Assembly (NCBI RefSeq): GCF_006345805.1
Contig: NW_021832375.1
Coordinates: 274,117-338,116 of the forward strand
Direction of reading: 5' to 3'
Origin: Octopus sinensis
Taxonomy: Eukaryota
DNA: 64,000 nucleotides
The notes below the pieces were generated by a model that was not told the origin of the DNA, did not search any database, and worked only from the letters and a program-made list of their open reading frames with translations. Numbering within the stretch: the stretch's first letter is position 1; the number at the start of each line of letters is the position of its first letter. Positions 12,939 to 26,874 of this stretch are shown here, piece by piece. The position numbers and the translations under genes were made by a program.

Positions 12939-14596
12939 TTGAGGGAGATAAATTAATATTAATTTTAATATCAATTTAAAACCAGTAATCCAGCATTCAA
13001 AAATCTGAGAAGTCAGAGAAAATTCAAATATATGTGTATATTGGCAGGGCTGGCCTGCTAGGTAGCCGGCCGAATGCTAGAAGAGGATCATCAACGATCA
13101 AACTACAAGGGAAATTCTCTAGAGGAAGAATTCAGCGAACACCAGAACCAGATTTGGCGGGCAGGACATATGAAAATTTAAATAAAAAACAGACTTAAAT
13201 GCATACCTCGGTTTCGGTCTTTAACAAAAGAATTACTTGCATAATTCAAATGTCCGTGACTTCATCAGTACATTCGGTCATCGAGATGCAAACTGAAAAA
13301 CTAACCCCAGCTCTCTGTGTCAAGACAGACACGTGCTTAGTTTTACTGATTACATCGGGAATAAAATTTCAAATGTCTTGGTTCTGGCGCGCTAATATAA
13401 ATATATATGTATGCATGTATGTATAAACCTATGTATATATATACATACACATCTACATACATATACATATATACATACACACACACATAAATATATGTGT
13501 ATGTGTGTGTGTGTGATTGTGTGCATGTGTGTATATGTGTGTGTGTTTGTGTGTCTAGTTAATGAGTTTCTATACAAGAATACAGTGTTTTGGGATACCT
13601 GATATCACTTTCTGCTCCACTTGCTTAGGACAAACATTGTTCACCTGAAAATAGCTGCTTATTAAGGAGGATTAATGACATTGAAATATCTTCAAATGTT
13701 TCCAGAATCATATCCTATTCTGATGAATTGTGATGTGGGGATTTAAGATTAAAGATTACCAGCAGCAACCTTTTAAAAAGAGAGCATGTGTATATTAATC
13801 CTACTTGATGTATTGTGACATGCGTTTATGGTTAGATGTTTGGAGTCCAGCTTCATTGACATCAGAATTAGAAGAGGAGAAGAATGTTGATTAGAGAAAT
13901 CTGCAGGTGATAAGACAAGGCCAAATCATTGATAGGGCTCCGATAGATGAAAGCAAAAATTAAACTAAGAGATAATCGGTGTTATCGTGGGATAATTAAA
14001 TAAGATAATTATTAGATTATGGAGATATCTTAATAGAGTGATTCTTAGATTATGTAAGATGTCTTAATAGGGAGATATATTAGATTAGTCTATTTAGTTG
14101 TGGACCTGAATATTGAGCTATTACATGGTATCACTGTACAAAGTATGAAAATTTTGACCCAAGCCGTACTGGTCACCAGTTGACCATCAATGACAGGAAT
14201 GTCACAGAATAACAAAATTTTGATTATTTATTAAGATAAAGACATTTTTCTGTAAAGTGTAAAATTTAAGAATATCTATTTCAGATTCTTCAATGCTTGT
14301 TGACAATGAAGTTGAAACAGAAGTAGAACCAGTTGGTGAGTATAAATCAACATTACCTTATTGATTTCTATCAAGTTTGCCATTACCTCATCTACTTTAT
14401 TAAGGATGATACTTGAGAAGTAAATGAGATATGTAAGATGTCTTAATTGAGAGCGGAGATTTAGGAATGCCAATCAATTTTGTGGAGGGCATAAATAATG
14501 GGCCCACTGTTGAAAGTATATAAATATTGACCGAAACCTGCGTGAACTCTTGTAGACCATTGATGGTAGAAATCTCTCACAATAGCAGAATATAAA

Positions 14597-14950
14597 GGGT
14601 AAAGACCCCCTTCGGTCATGAATGACCATGGGATTGCACCTAGAAAGTTACCCTCCTAGACACAAGTCTGGGCAAGGTTGTTTTTATGGAAGGCCAGCAG
14701 TCGCCCATGCATACCAGCCTCCCCTCTCCACGCCACCAGTGTTATCCAGGGGAAAGACAAAGGTCGATACAGCTTGGCACCAGTGACGTCGCAACTCATT
14801 TCTACAGCTGAGTGAACTGGAGCAACGTGAAATAAAGTGCCTTGCTCGAGAACACAACACGCAGCCCGGTCCGGGATTCGAGCTCACAACCTCACGATCG
14901 TAAGCTCACGATCGTAAGCTCGACGCTCTAACCACTGAGCCATGCGCCTT
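14597..14950 (-). mobile_element. SINE family C
   Basis: Homologous to 10090-10417; carries a 14-bp internal tandem duplication (TCACGATCGTAAGC x2). Confidence 0.85.
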
Positions 14951-15902
14951 CACATATAGATTATTGATAATGATAAAAAGGTTTTAGTGTAAATAATATT
15001 TATTTCAGAGAATCTAAAGCTTGAAGGGAAATAAGTGCAGACGATGGTAGCAGAGCCAGTTGATAAGTATAAAATAACAGCCCACAAATGTCTATTTTGC
15101 CTTTGTTTCTATGGCTGCCTCATGTGTCGATAGAGAAAATGGTGAAATACGACAGAGAGTGATCTGGGAGGGAGGGTTAGTTTATAAGTTTGTGAAAGGA
15201 AGGTAGTAGAGGGAGGAGGAATGGTGGATATGGTTGGGGATGAGAAACAGTAGGGCATCATATGTGCATGTAGGTACATGAGGGAGAATGGAGGAGAATG
15301 CGACATGTGCGGGGGAGGCATTGTTGGGGGACAAACAGGCGCTTATGCCCTTGATTTAGGTTGGTGGTTGTTCTCAAGCACAGAAAACTGCCAAGTGACT
15401 GTTAGGCTCAACATTTCAAGATCATTACTCACCATTTCGTCCCATTCTTCCTGGGAGTTCATTAGGGAAATCTGGAGGTGAGAGAACAATGCCATATCAT
15501 AGATTGGGCTCCGATAGATGAATTCCACCGAGGTCGATTTTGCCTTTCATCCTTTCGGGGTCGTACTGGGGTCGATCTAATCGACTGGCGCCGTCGCCAA
15601 AGGATCCTGGCCTTGTGCCTAGAGTAGAAAATAATATTGTCCTTTAGAATAGGAACTAAAATGATTTTGTTGTTTAAAGGTAATCAGGTGATTTAATGAC
15701 AAAGTGTTTGTTCGTTTTACATTTTTAGTAAGCTTACTGATTGATTATTGTTGTTGGCGCTTTTGCTTAACCAGATGTTATGGTGAAACTTGTTCCAATA
15801 GTGAACAGCCTGTTTTTTTTTACTGTCATTACGTCCACTATTCAACCATTACATCTATTCAATATTGCCTTTATTCAAGTAGAAGGCTGCTTTGCAGCTC
15901 AG

Positions 15903-15939
<37 letters not shown>

Positions 15940-17392
15940 TTGTCTCTTTCTCGCTCCCTTTCACTATCTGCAAGTTTCAATGCAGTAAATAATATCATCC
16001 TCTCCCTTTTATCATCTGCTCTCTATGCTCCCATGTACTGGATGGGTGGTCACTGTCCATGTCATTTCTTATTAACAGTAAACTACCCATAATGATTGCT
16101 TGAGGATTACCCCTCAATTAACCATTCCAGCAGCTTTTTCATGGTGGTATGCCCTTCTTATCACCAACCACTTTACAAAGGGTCCTGGGTGAATATAATT
16201 GTGGCACAAACACTACAAGAGATTGCCATGTCCTCGGCAAGATTAAACCTCCCTCTCAAACTTACGGTGTCAACTCTCATCCAACAACCACCTCCTAGTG
16301 TGTAGTGGGAGCATTTGATCATAGCACCAGCATTAGTGAGGTTGAGTCACATTCCAAATTATTAGAAAGTTAGTCCTCACTACTCTATGATGTGTTTGTT
16401 CACTGATATGTTTAAGATGGGAGAAGAGATTATAGAAGAATCGGAATGCAGACTAAAAGATACGAGACAATAAGGATAAAAAAAGTGATTCGAAGAAGCG
16501 GTGGAGGCTGACAACAGTAAATGATGGAGACTGAGTTACAACGGTGTGTGAGGTACCAGAGTGCTTAATTATTTATTAACATTCCTTGGTTGCTCACTCT
16601 CACTGTTTCTCTTGCCCTCCTCCTCTCACTGGGTAATCATGTATGTCTTCTACTATAAGACACCTGTTTCAATCCCTCTGTCACAGTCGAACCTGTCATC
16701 CTCTGGCACACGACCACCTCCTCCTCCAATGCTCTCCCTCTCAAAGGCTTTTTGTCTTGCAAGTTCTTTGGTGACCCCCACCAGTGCTTGTGGATCCAGA
16801 TCCCACTGTAAGGTTGTTGGTGTTGGGAAGAGTATCCAGCTGTAAAATCCTGCCAAATCAGACAGTGAAGCCTGGTGCATTCTTCTCCCTAGCCAGCCCC
16901 TGACAAAACGTACAAACCCTGCCAGAATGGGGAACCGACGTTCAATGATGATAGTGGTAGTGATGGTAGGTAGCGATGGATACTAATTACTTGCAAATAC
17001 ATCAAAGTTATACATGTTAAATTAGGAGAGAGACTGACCAAATCTCAACTGAGATAATGGATAATTACAGGTTTCTGGATTGCCATAAATACTAGTAATT
17101 ACTAAAAGATCACATGGGTAATTACAGGGTTATATATTTCTGTGAATATTTTCATATATATCTGTATATTTGTAAAACACTAATTGGTATTTTAAATCAG
17201 AGCATTTAGAATTAGCCCAGCATTAAGGAAGTGGAGTGCAGAAAGTTATTGACTATAAATTATCAATAATTATTCGTTATCTCTAAATCGGTAAAAGGCA
17301 ATTTCTGTTTTGTTTATTCGAATTTTATTTACCTCATTCATTCATAGAATTGGTGTTGGGGCTATCTAATTTTTAACGTCTAACATGGGGTC

Positions 17393-17427
<35 letters not shown>

Positions 17428-18163
17428 AAGAGAGAGAGAGAAAGAAAGAGAGAGAGAGAAAGAAAGAGAGAGAGAGAAGAGAGAGAGAGAGAAAGAAAGA
17501 GAGAGAGAGAAAGAAAGAGAGAAGGAGAAAGAGAGAGAGAGAGAGAGATCATAAATCTTAGGATTGGTCGTGTAATAGCTACTCAGGCCATATTTAGTAC
17601 TCACATACATACACACACATATATATAACAATACGCAGCTGGTCACAGCCTCTGTAAAAAACACCCAGATCTAACCCGTCAAATATTCCATTCTTTCATC
17701 TTGTTAAACATCACAGAGTTAACTTACAAAATACAGTGTTTTGTTTTGTGGGGTGGAGTGTGGTAGCAGTCGGGATGCAATAAATTATTTCCTCATTGTA
17801 CAGTATGTGGTTGTACATGTGTAGACCTTCTAGTATTAACCACAATTGAAGTGGTCAAGGTATACATAGCCAAATCATCACGGATATCGCTCTTCAGTAA
17901 CAAACTCCGCTGGTGTATATCAGTGTTTCCAGCTTGTAACCCCACTGATGTTGCTATTTCCGTGTTTATCTACAATAAATGAAATGGAAAGTGTCTTGAA
18001 AATGGTGTGGTAGGAATGTTGTGCAATGTTTTTGTTAAATTGAGAAGATTTGATTTGTTTGTGACTCGAATTGCGTAGGAAGTTGCTGTTACAAATTAAT
18101 ATTACCCATTCATGTCTTTTGAAAATTTAATATAATTTTATTTCTGTTGTTATTGTTATTCAG

Positions 18164-20971
18164 ATGATCACTACATGCAGATACCACGTTTTGACTGTAA
18201 AAGTATTATGAAGTCGCATTCATCCAAATTCCGTCCCCTTTGCCCAGCTGTGTCCAAAATATTGCAGCTCACAGACTCCGATAATGATTCCAAGAACCTG
18301 GTCACAGTTTCAAGAATCGTTGAAATCTGCAATGGAATAGTAACCTATTCACCAGATTTGAAGTTAATAAGTTGTGCCACAACAGGCGGTGATTTTGATT
18401 TTCATTGTTCTTCTAATGTCACAGACATGACAAGAATTGGTGAACACACTGTTCTAGCCACAATTCCTTTCCGCAAGAAAATAGTTTTCATTAATCCATC
18501 AAGTTTCCACATAAAATCTCTGGATTATAGTTTCTTTACAATTTCCTATTTCGAACATTCTACATTTGTAGGGACTGAAATGTTTAGTAAGACAATATAT
18601 CTCATAGACTGGGATAAAAATAAATTTGAAGAAAAATTTAGTGTGCAAGAAATTGTTGGAAACATAGCAGTTGGTCCACAGTATCATATCTTAATAGCCT
18701 TAGCTAATATAAATAGAATTAGCTGTTACACAATAGATGGCAGACACTTGTTTCAGTTGAGGACCCATTCCATCGATATTCCAACCGACCTCACCGTATA
18801 TCGAAATTATTCTTACGCTCTGCAAGGAAATGTAATTTACAAGATTTCAGCAAACGGTGCTGTGTCCCAAAGAGAAATTGGGATAAAAGCTCGATATATT
18901 TGTGTGGCAACAAATAATATTTACTTGACTGACCGTTTTGGTCTTGTACATATTATTAGGACAAATAAAGATTTTTGGCCTCGGCTGTCTTACCATCACC
19001 AAGACCATGTCCCGAGCCTGATAAACCAAATCCATATTGATGACCCCTCCAACATTACAACGATTCTACCTATGTCAGCCTCTTCAGTAGTAATTATATA
19101 TCGGGATCTAAAAGCTATATTAGTTACTGGCGAAGGGCAACCGTTTGGTGGAAAATGTTTAACCTTTAAACTCCAGCCTTCTGTTTTCTGCAGAGTGGAT
19201 TCGAACACATTTATTGTCCTTTTTAGTGAGGACAGGAAACTTCAATATATTACCTGTCCACAACTAACTGAATGTGATTTAATAGACGTCGAAAACAATT
19301 ACATTCAAATGTGTCATATGGTATCAAATAGGTGTTTGGCTCTGACCACCAATGAAGGTAACGTGGAGGTACATATTTTATTGATTAAAACGGATCATGT
19401 CGACATTGTAAACAGAATTACATTGGAACATGACAATGTCGCCATTGCTGCTACTCCAATTAATTTTGTAGTTGTAGACAGAAAGAAACGTAACTTGTTA
19501 TTTTATTCAAGCTTTGGTGAGGAGCTTTCCAAGAAACACATTGAGTTCAATGGCTATCCTCATCATGTTTTCACAGACAAATTATACTTCTATGTTATCT
19601 TCAGGAGAGAGTCTTTGATGACTTGTTACAATATAACTGGACAAAGGAAATGGCAGTTGAAACTTCCTTCAAACTTTCGCTGTCACGCTGCTGTTTTCCA
19701 AGGAACAGCTTATGTGCTGGACGATCTGCTCAGTCGGATTCTTCTTTACAAGTACCATGACTGGTCAGACTGTCATGTAACCTTTCAAAATCCTTATAAT
19801 AAAAATCTAAATATTCGACTCGAAGAAAAGGAGAATGACCAAGTTCTCATTGGTGAAATATGTCATCTGGCAAATGGACAGTTGGTGTTGTCCGACATAT
19901 ATAATGATTGTTTGTTATACATTTCCAACGAAGGGAACATTGTGTCTAGATTATCTCTGCCGTCTACAGCTACAGATGTATGTCGATGGAATTATAATCA
20001 GATAGGCGTCACATTACCTCTAGAGAAGCAATTACGGGTCTTCGGAAACGTATCAAAGGCAGTTATAAGTGTAGCATTAAACCAGGCTTATGTACGGGTG
20101 TGTAAGCTGGGTGAAAGTCATATTATTTGTTATTGCGATAAACCATCGCATTTAGATATTTTAAACATTAAAAATTGTAATCAAGTTCAAATAATTCATA
20201 AAATTAATATTCCTTTTGTAATGAAATCATTATCGTTAGAAAATGAAACACTAAAACTATTGATTGTTGGTAAGAAAGCAGTATTCTTCTACAAGATCAT
20301 CAGGAAGAGGAGAAGAAGTGTTTTACCATCCCAAGTGAAAACACCCTCCAATCTCTATGGTTATGACGGTGGTCCTTATAGCATTGAGATGATACCCAAT
20401 ATTTTACTGTCGCAAGGGAAAACACAATCCAATCTCTATGGTGGACGTATTGATAAAATGTGTGTCCATTTGATAGACAACAGCCGCATGTTTGCTGTAA
20501 ATGAGCATGACTTGCTGGTGAAAGATCATGTCACAAGAAGCCAAATTAACATGTTCATCGATCTGGTAGATGTATTTTCTAGAAACATCAGTCTCAGTGA
20601 AATGTTGTCTACAAGATCTCACTGTTTCTGATAAAGCTCATGAAGTTGTTGTCCCTCAAAGTTTTGGAGATAGACATCCAGTGGAGATTGGTTGTTTGGT
20701 TATTACAGAAAATAACCTGGTTGCTTTATATGACAGCACAAATCAAAACATTAAGATATTAACTTTTGATGGTCAACTTGTTGACTCTATCAAGTTAAAT
20801 GTTGTCCCTAGACATATGTGTTGCTGGCGATCAAACACATTGGTTATAACGACCAATAACCATCAACCTCTGACATTAAAAGTGGAATTTCCATTGATCT
20901 TGGCAACTTACCACACGGAAAATCGATACAATTGTATCGCTTGTCGATCCGACAATCTACTGGTGTGTAGC

Positions 20972-21033
<62 letters not shown>

Positions 21034-22965
21034 CAGTAATGTTGGTGGTGGTACCTGCATACCCGAAATTGAAAACGGCCTGTTTTATATATATATCGAT
21101 GAAATACAGTCAGCTGTCCGTATTATGAGAGAAATAGACTTATTTTGGATGTGCTACAGATATAATATCACCCATATCTCAGTTATTGCTAATGACAACA
21201 TAATTGTCAATACCGAGAGGCTCATCACTATTCTGAACCCGAACGGGCAATATTTATATTCATTTAAGCACAGTATTTATTCCCGACCCATTTCTATGGC
21301 AACCGATGATACTTATTTGTACATTACTGGGCGGAAGAATATCTATGAAAACACGAAAAAGTATCGTATTGTCTCATTGTTGCAGAACGGTGAATACAAG
21401 AGAATATTCTTAAATGAAAGACATTATAAACGTCCGTTGGATTTCAACAGTATTAACTGTAAAGGCCCGAGGATTGTTGCAAACTATGACTCGTACTTAT
21501 ATATTGAAGGTTTGTACAAGATTAATCGGCAAAAATTCCCCGTTTCACGGTTACAAACAAACAATTGTCCTGTTCAAGTAAAAGACAGTTGTGTGTGAAA
21601 TGGCCAATAATGGAAATGTTAAACTATTTGATGAAGACGGGAAGTTGCTATGTTATAGAGATTTTGGAAGTTTTGTTGGTGGTGTATGTTTTACAGGAGA
21701 AAGAAATATCTTGGTCACAGTCCCTAACAGACAAGAAATATTTCAACTGAAGTCACAAAACTTGGAGAAATATAAAGTTTGGGAAAGTCGAGTACCTTAT
21801 GGTATAATATGGAGAAAAGTGGGAAATATTTACTGGTGTGTACATATCAACATGATTGAATGTGATACTATAAAAATTGATGGGGACCAACTGAAGGTTC
21901 TGGAATCTATGTCGTTATCGAATATGATTTTGGCCTTACTTCCCTTCCATTACATTTCAGAAGAACAAGGGAATGTTCAGTAATGAATTATTTAACAAAC
22001 TTAAAAACGGTGGCGATGGAGGAGAAAGAAGAAGTACATCAAGGGAAATAGAAGTAAGACGTGGTAATTACATAGCGGAAAGTATGTTAGGAATTGATGA
22101 AATATCAGTGAGAAGACTGCCACATAGAACAGCAATGTTCCCGCTTTCATTTTCTCTATCTGGTTTACTAGATTCAAATTCGATGTTTTGTTTTCTTAAT
22201 GCTTTTAAGCTAATTATGTTACAAGACAATAGTATCGTCGTGCTCCTCCATAAATGTACTCTCATGGTCACCAGTGGAGACGGTCATCTGCTTTACAGTC
22301 AAACATTTGAAAAAGAAGCTCAAGATATATGTCAATGGACCGATGAATCATTTGTAGTCCTCTTTCGTGACGATAAACAACTGATGTTCTTCGATACAGA
22401 TTTGTGTCTTTTAAAAAAGATCACAACTGAAAAACCATACAATTTAATGTACAAAAAGAACGCCAATAATCTGGTATGTGTGTTTGAAGACGCTCCAAAT
22501 GAATGTAGTAATATTCCATATGGGACATACGCAGACATACTTCACATTGGCGGTGAAATGTACGAGTATAAGGGCCGAGTGAATTTAGGGAAAGAGGGGA
22601 AGGTTGTAGCTATGGGTGTGACATCGAATGAAGACATCGTCGTTCTTAAGTACAAGGAAGATCATTACGATGTATGTTGGTACAGAGACAATTGGGTAAG
22701 AAGTCAACAACTAATGATTCAAGGTGAGGAACCATTTCCAAACATTTTCAACAAATCCTTGACCATCCACGGCGAAAATATTTACATATCAGATTGTAAT
22801 AACAATATCCACCAAGTATCTGTAGACAGCAAATGCGAAATCTTTCTCAGCTCTCAGGAAATTGAAGTCTGCCACATCAAGGCCATACATGTTTCGGATT
22901 ATTTCATCATGATTTACGGAAATTTGGACAACCGTTTTGATGGATTATTTTATTATGAGAGATAA
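18164..22965 (+). CDS. giant terminal exon encoding ~1600 aa of tandem NHL-like beta-propeller units; three frameshifts (disrupted gene or assembly errors)
   Basis: Polypyrimidine/CAG acceptor at 18163. Overlapping ORFs 18175-20631, 20570-21598, 21591-21983 and 21973-22965 have no internal stops. Recurring blade motifs include LVLSDIYNDCLLYISNEG, LYDSTNQNIKILTFDG, NGNVKLFDEDG, DVCRW and DICQW. AATAAA at 23087. The fold is inferred. Confidence 0.75.
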
Positions 22966-23425
22966 GGCCCTATATTGAATCAATATATGTTACGAGCAAT
23001 TGGCATTACACACAAAATACGTAGGTTTTAACCTGGATCCTTGAACAAAGATAGTTACCATAATGATTTCTAATTAGTTAATTGATAATAAAATATTAAT
23101 GAACTAGAAACAGTGTATGTATTCCACTGGAATAGCGTTTCACCCCCCATCCACACACACTCACACACAATGACGACATTATCTGATTCAAATTGTTACT
23201 CTTACATGTTAACAATCTTATAAAAGAAACACAAAACTCCATTTAAATTCTTATCTTTTCTCACCATGTCGTCTTTCCTCTCAACAAATCTTTCAAATGT
23301 TTTTTTTTCTTTACTTGAATATATTTTATATATTTAACCCTAATTTAAAGATAATGCTTAATCTTAGAAAGTTTGTTTGAATTAATCACAAAATTATATT
23401 CATAAACCAATGCTCGGAATATATA

Positions 23426-23807
23426 TCTCTCTATATATAAACGGCAGTTTGTCTGTGCGTTTTCTGTGTGTCTGTTTTCTCGTACCCTCACCCTGACCAC
23501 GGCTTTCAACCGATTCTGATGAAACTTGACACACACATAGCCCAATGTCATAGTTCAAAACTAACGCAGCGAAAATTTTGAAAAGTTCCCCCAGTTCTGA
23601 AAAAAATCGATAAATTCGACATGGGGTCGAGAATCAGAAACACAAATTGCAAACTGTCTAGGGGACTCAACTCCACCTTTTTTAACTAAAAAAAAAATTT
23701 ACCATCATTTTTTTCCATCTTTTTGCTGTTTTTTGGATATAACTCTCTAAAAATGCTTTATAGTTATTTACCTTACAAGCCTGAGCAACGCCGGGCGATA
23801 CTGCTAG
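23426..23807 (+). mobile_element. non-autonomous Helitron
   Basis: A|TCTCTCTATATATAAAC start, subterminal CGCCGGGCG hairpin, CTAG|T end, no TSD. Confidence 0.75.
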
Positions 23808-25639
23808 TTACATTGTAAAGCTACGGCAGAACATATTCTAAAATATATATTACATCATACGTTATAGAGCTGTGTGATTCATCTCAATGTAAATAAATAA
23901 TATATTATTCAACAAAAATACGTTTTCCTGATTTTCTTATTTTTAAAAACTGTTTTGATATTAATGGGGTTTGATAGGTCTAGTTTGCAAATCTTTGATA
24001 CTATTTCAGCATGTCACAGAGAGAATCTGTTCCAGATATTTTGTTGTAATTTCGATGAAGAGCAGCTGTTCTAAATTTTCAGTGGCAACACAGAACTTGG
24101 TAAGGACTACCACAGATCTTCATTGTAGATTTAGACAAGATCGATATAAGCTGTGCGGGTAGAATTTGTAGAGACTGCATGGAATCAGGCATTGTATTGG
24201 CCACCTGTCTGAAATATGTTTACAACAACATTAAGTTCATTTGCGGATGCACGCACACAAACACACACACACACATCCGCAAACATACATACACAGGCAT
24301 ACAAACACACACCGACACATATATACACAGTGTTTGTTCTAAAGAGGATTAAATTTGATTCGTTTGTGTAAGAAACGATGGTCAGGCTATTAGAGAAACC
24401 CAACTTAGAATCTCAGACGTTCCCACCGATCATAATGGGTCTCGATTAAAAAATGCGTGTGTGTGTGTGTGTGTGTGTACATACATATATACATATGTAC
24501 AAGTACACACATCGCCCATGCCATTCTCTTTGTCATCATTTAACGTCTACTTTTCCATGCTCGCATGGGTCAGACAGAATTTATTGAGGCAGATTTTCTA
24601 TAGCTGGACGCAATTGCTGCTTCCAACTCTCACCTGTTCCCAAGCACGGCAATATTTTCCGACGGCCGGACATCACTTGTATTGATGGTAAGGCCGTTTT
24701 TAGTCATCACATGATATCAAGTACACACATGATGAGCTTCTTTCAGTTTCCGGTTACTAAATCCACATACAAATCCTTTGGTTAACCTTTGACCTAAAGG
24801 AGAAGATAAATAGCCCAAGTTACCGTGAAGTGGGACTGAACTCGCGACCACATACTTAGGAAGAAAGCTTTTGAACCACACAACCATGGGTTATCAATCT
24901 TCTGAAGGTCATCATTTACTGTTTCGAAACCAATTCTATGCCCTATAGCTGAAATCCCCTTTTTCAGAAAACTGAATCGCTTCAAATTGGTTGAAAAGGG
25001 TCAGTGCTCCGATACATTTCAAAATATTAAACTTCATTCAGAGAATTAGCGTAGATGAGATGCAGCTTTTGTTTTATGCCAAGGAGAAATACTACTGAGG
25101 CTCAGTTTCAAGCAAGGCAAGGGCAGAGGGATTGGTTGGACAGAGCTCTCTGACCTACTGTCCGTAACATCCCACCTACACCAGCCTGAAAGAGAGAAGC
25201 TGGACATTCCTAGGATGATGTTCACGACTATGATGATGGTGATGGAAGAGAATTGTTTGAGTAATATAGGAAAATTCCATCTTTCAAGTTGGTATGACAT
25301 TGTGTTTGAATGACTCTCCAACATTTTGCTGAATAAAAATTATAGAAACATGTTTCTATATAAGGGAGTTATGCTGAGCTGGGGGGGGGGTCACCGGTTT
25401 CCCTGTACACTGAGTTCATCAGGGAATCAAGGAAATTAAAGCCGGTCCTGACTGCCTCGGGGCTGTATTTATTCAACATCTATTTGTATCATTGGAAGCC
25501 TAAGATGAGAATATAGTCTTTACGTGTAGCAGATGTCCAGGTTCTTTAAACACTAGGAACGCGCAAAAGATAGACTCCCTCAAAAGTCAGGAGGACCCTT
25601 AGAAGTAGCAGACTGTTTGCTTAGGTGGCCAAGTTAAAT

Positions 25640-26170
25640 GTTGTGGGGTGAGGTCGTTCCAAAGGCATAACTGCTTGAATAAGAATAGGCTGGGAAAAGT
25701 TCTGAGAGCTACTACATCTGTTAGTGACGATAGGTCACTCCCTCTGAGTGAAATGCAGATTGTATGATGCCTATGTACGAACAGCGGCGCTACATGATTG
25801 CGAAACATTGGCTGTGACTAGTGAAGATATGCGAAGGCTTGAAACAAATAAAGCCAGTATGGTCCGCTGGATGAGTAATATCAGTGAGCGTATACAACAG
25901 TTTGTAAGTGATTTGAGAGAAGGACTGTGTATACGAGGCATTAGATCTAGTGTGCAAGAGAGAAGACTGCGCTGGTATGATCATGTAATGCGTATGAATG
26001 AAAACTCTCTCATCAAGAGGTGCTGATCTCTAATTGTGAAGGAAACACTGTGGAAGGAGTAGGCCCAAGAAAACGTGGGACGAAATGGGGAGAAAGGATC
26101 TTCAGACGTTGGGTCTCACAGAAGGGATGACAAGGACCGGTTTGCTATGCTTGAGAAAAGACGTCAGGCG
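25640..26170 (+). mobile_element. RTE-clade LINE 3' fragment
   Basis: KCRLYDAYVRTAALHDCET...RRLRWYDHVMRM...GRPKKTW pattern typical of the RTE ORF C-terminus; decayed. Confidence 0.8.
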
Positions 26171-26874
26171 AAGTAAAATCGTGGTTGATCTTGCATATAG
26201 GCATGTCCCCTGCATCTCTTTTAAGCTGAGCGTACCTAATCTTGTGCGCTCGTGGAGGCTGGTGCAATGTAAAATTCAGCCTCACTGGTGCCACATCAAC
26301 ACAATCAGAACACTCTATAAACTGGCTGACGTTAGAAATGGTATCCAGACGTTAGAAAAAGGATCCACTTAAGCGGTGATCTGCTGTCATTCCGCTTACC
26401 ATCGCTGTCCGATGATATAAAAAAAAACAATCTTGCGGCTACCCTTTCATTGGACGAGGTGAAAACCATCGTTAGTTTACGATTAGTGATATTGTTCAGA
26501 GAGACTTGCTTAAGAGAACAGCTACTACAATGCGCTGTGTCTTTCGAAAGACATGAACCAGCATCCGAGGTGTAGTGTAGCTCGGTGTAAAGAACTTAGA
26601 AGTATCCGACGACATCGGCGACACGAATCACTCGGCAAATGATCAAAACTGAACGGTGCCGGCAAAGATGGATCCCACCACCAAAATATACATCCTCTCG
26701 TTTCATGACGTCAACATGTGTGTCTATCTGTCTAAGTCTCCCTGGAAGTCGAACCGAACCGCCTTTCTCCAGTGAGTTTCTGACTGCTAGCTTTGTTCGG
26801 TGTGTCCGTCTTATAGCTTTGTTGTCATGTTTCCCAAATGACGCTAGACGAAAAGAGAAAACCGCGACTTACGA

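Noticed and set aside
13640-15530. Scattered CR1/L2-like endonuclease remnants (FIYRSP-type, duplicated at ~13900 and ~15480)
   Set aside because: Too decayed to delimit or classify by eye.
20570-21983. Programmed frameshifting or four separate overlapping genes as the main explanation of the propeller ORFs
   Set aside because: No shared slippery motif or stimulatory structure, and the breaks fall within continuous domain patterns. Single-base indels are simpler.
25390-25430. Hammerhead-like CTGATGA...GAAACCGGTG on the minus strand
   Set aside because: Stems I and II cannot pair, and the cleavage position is G.
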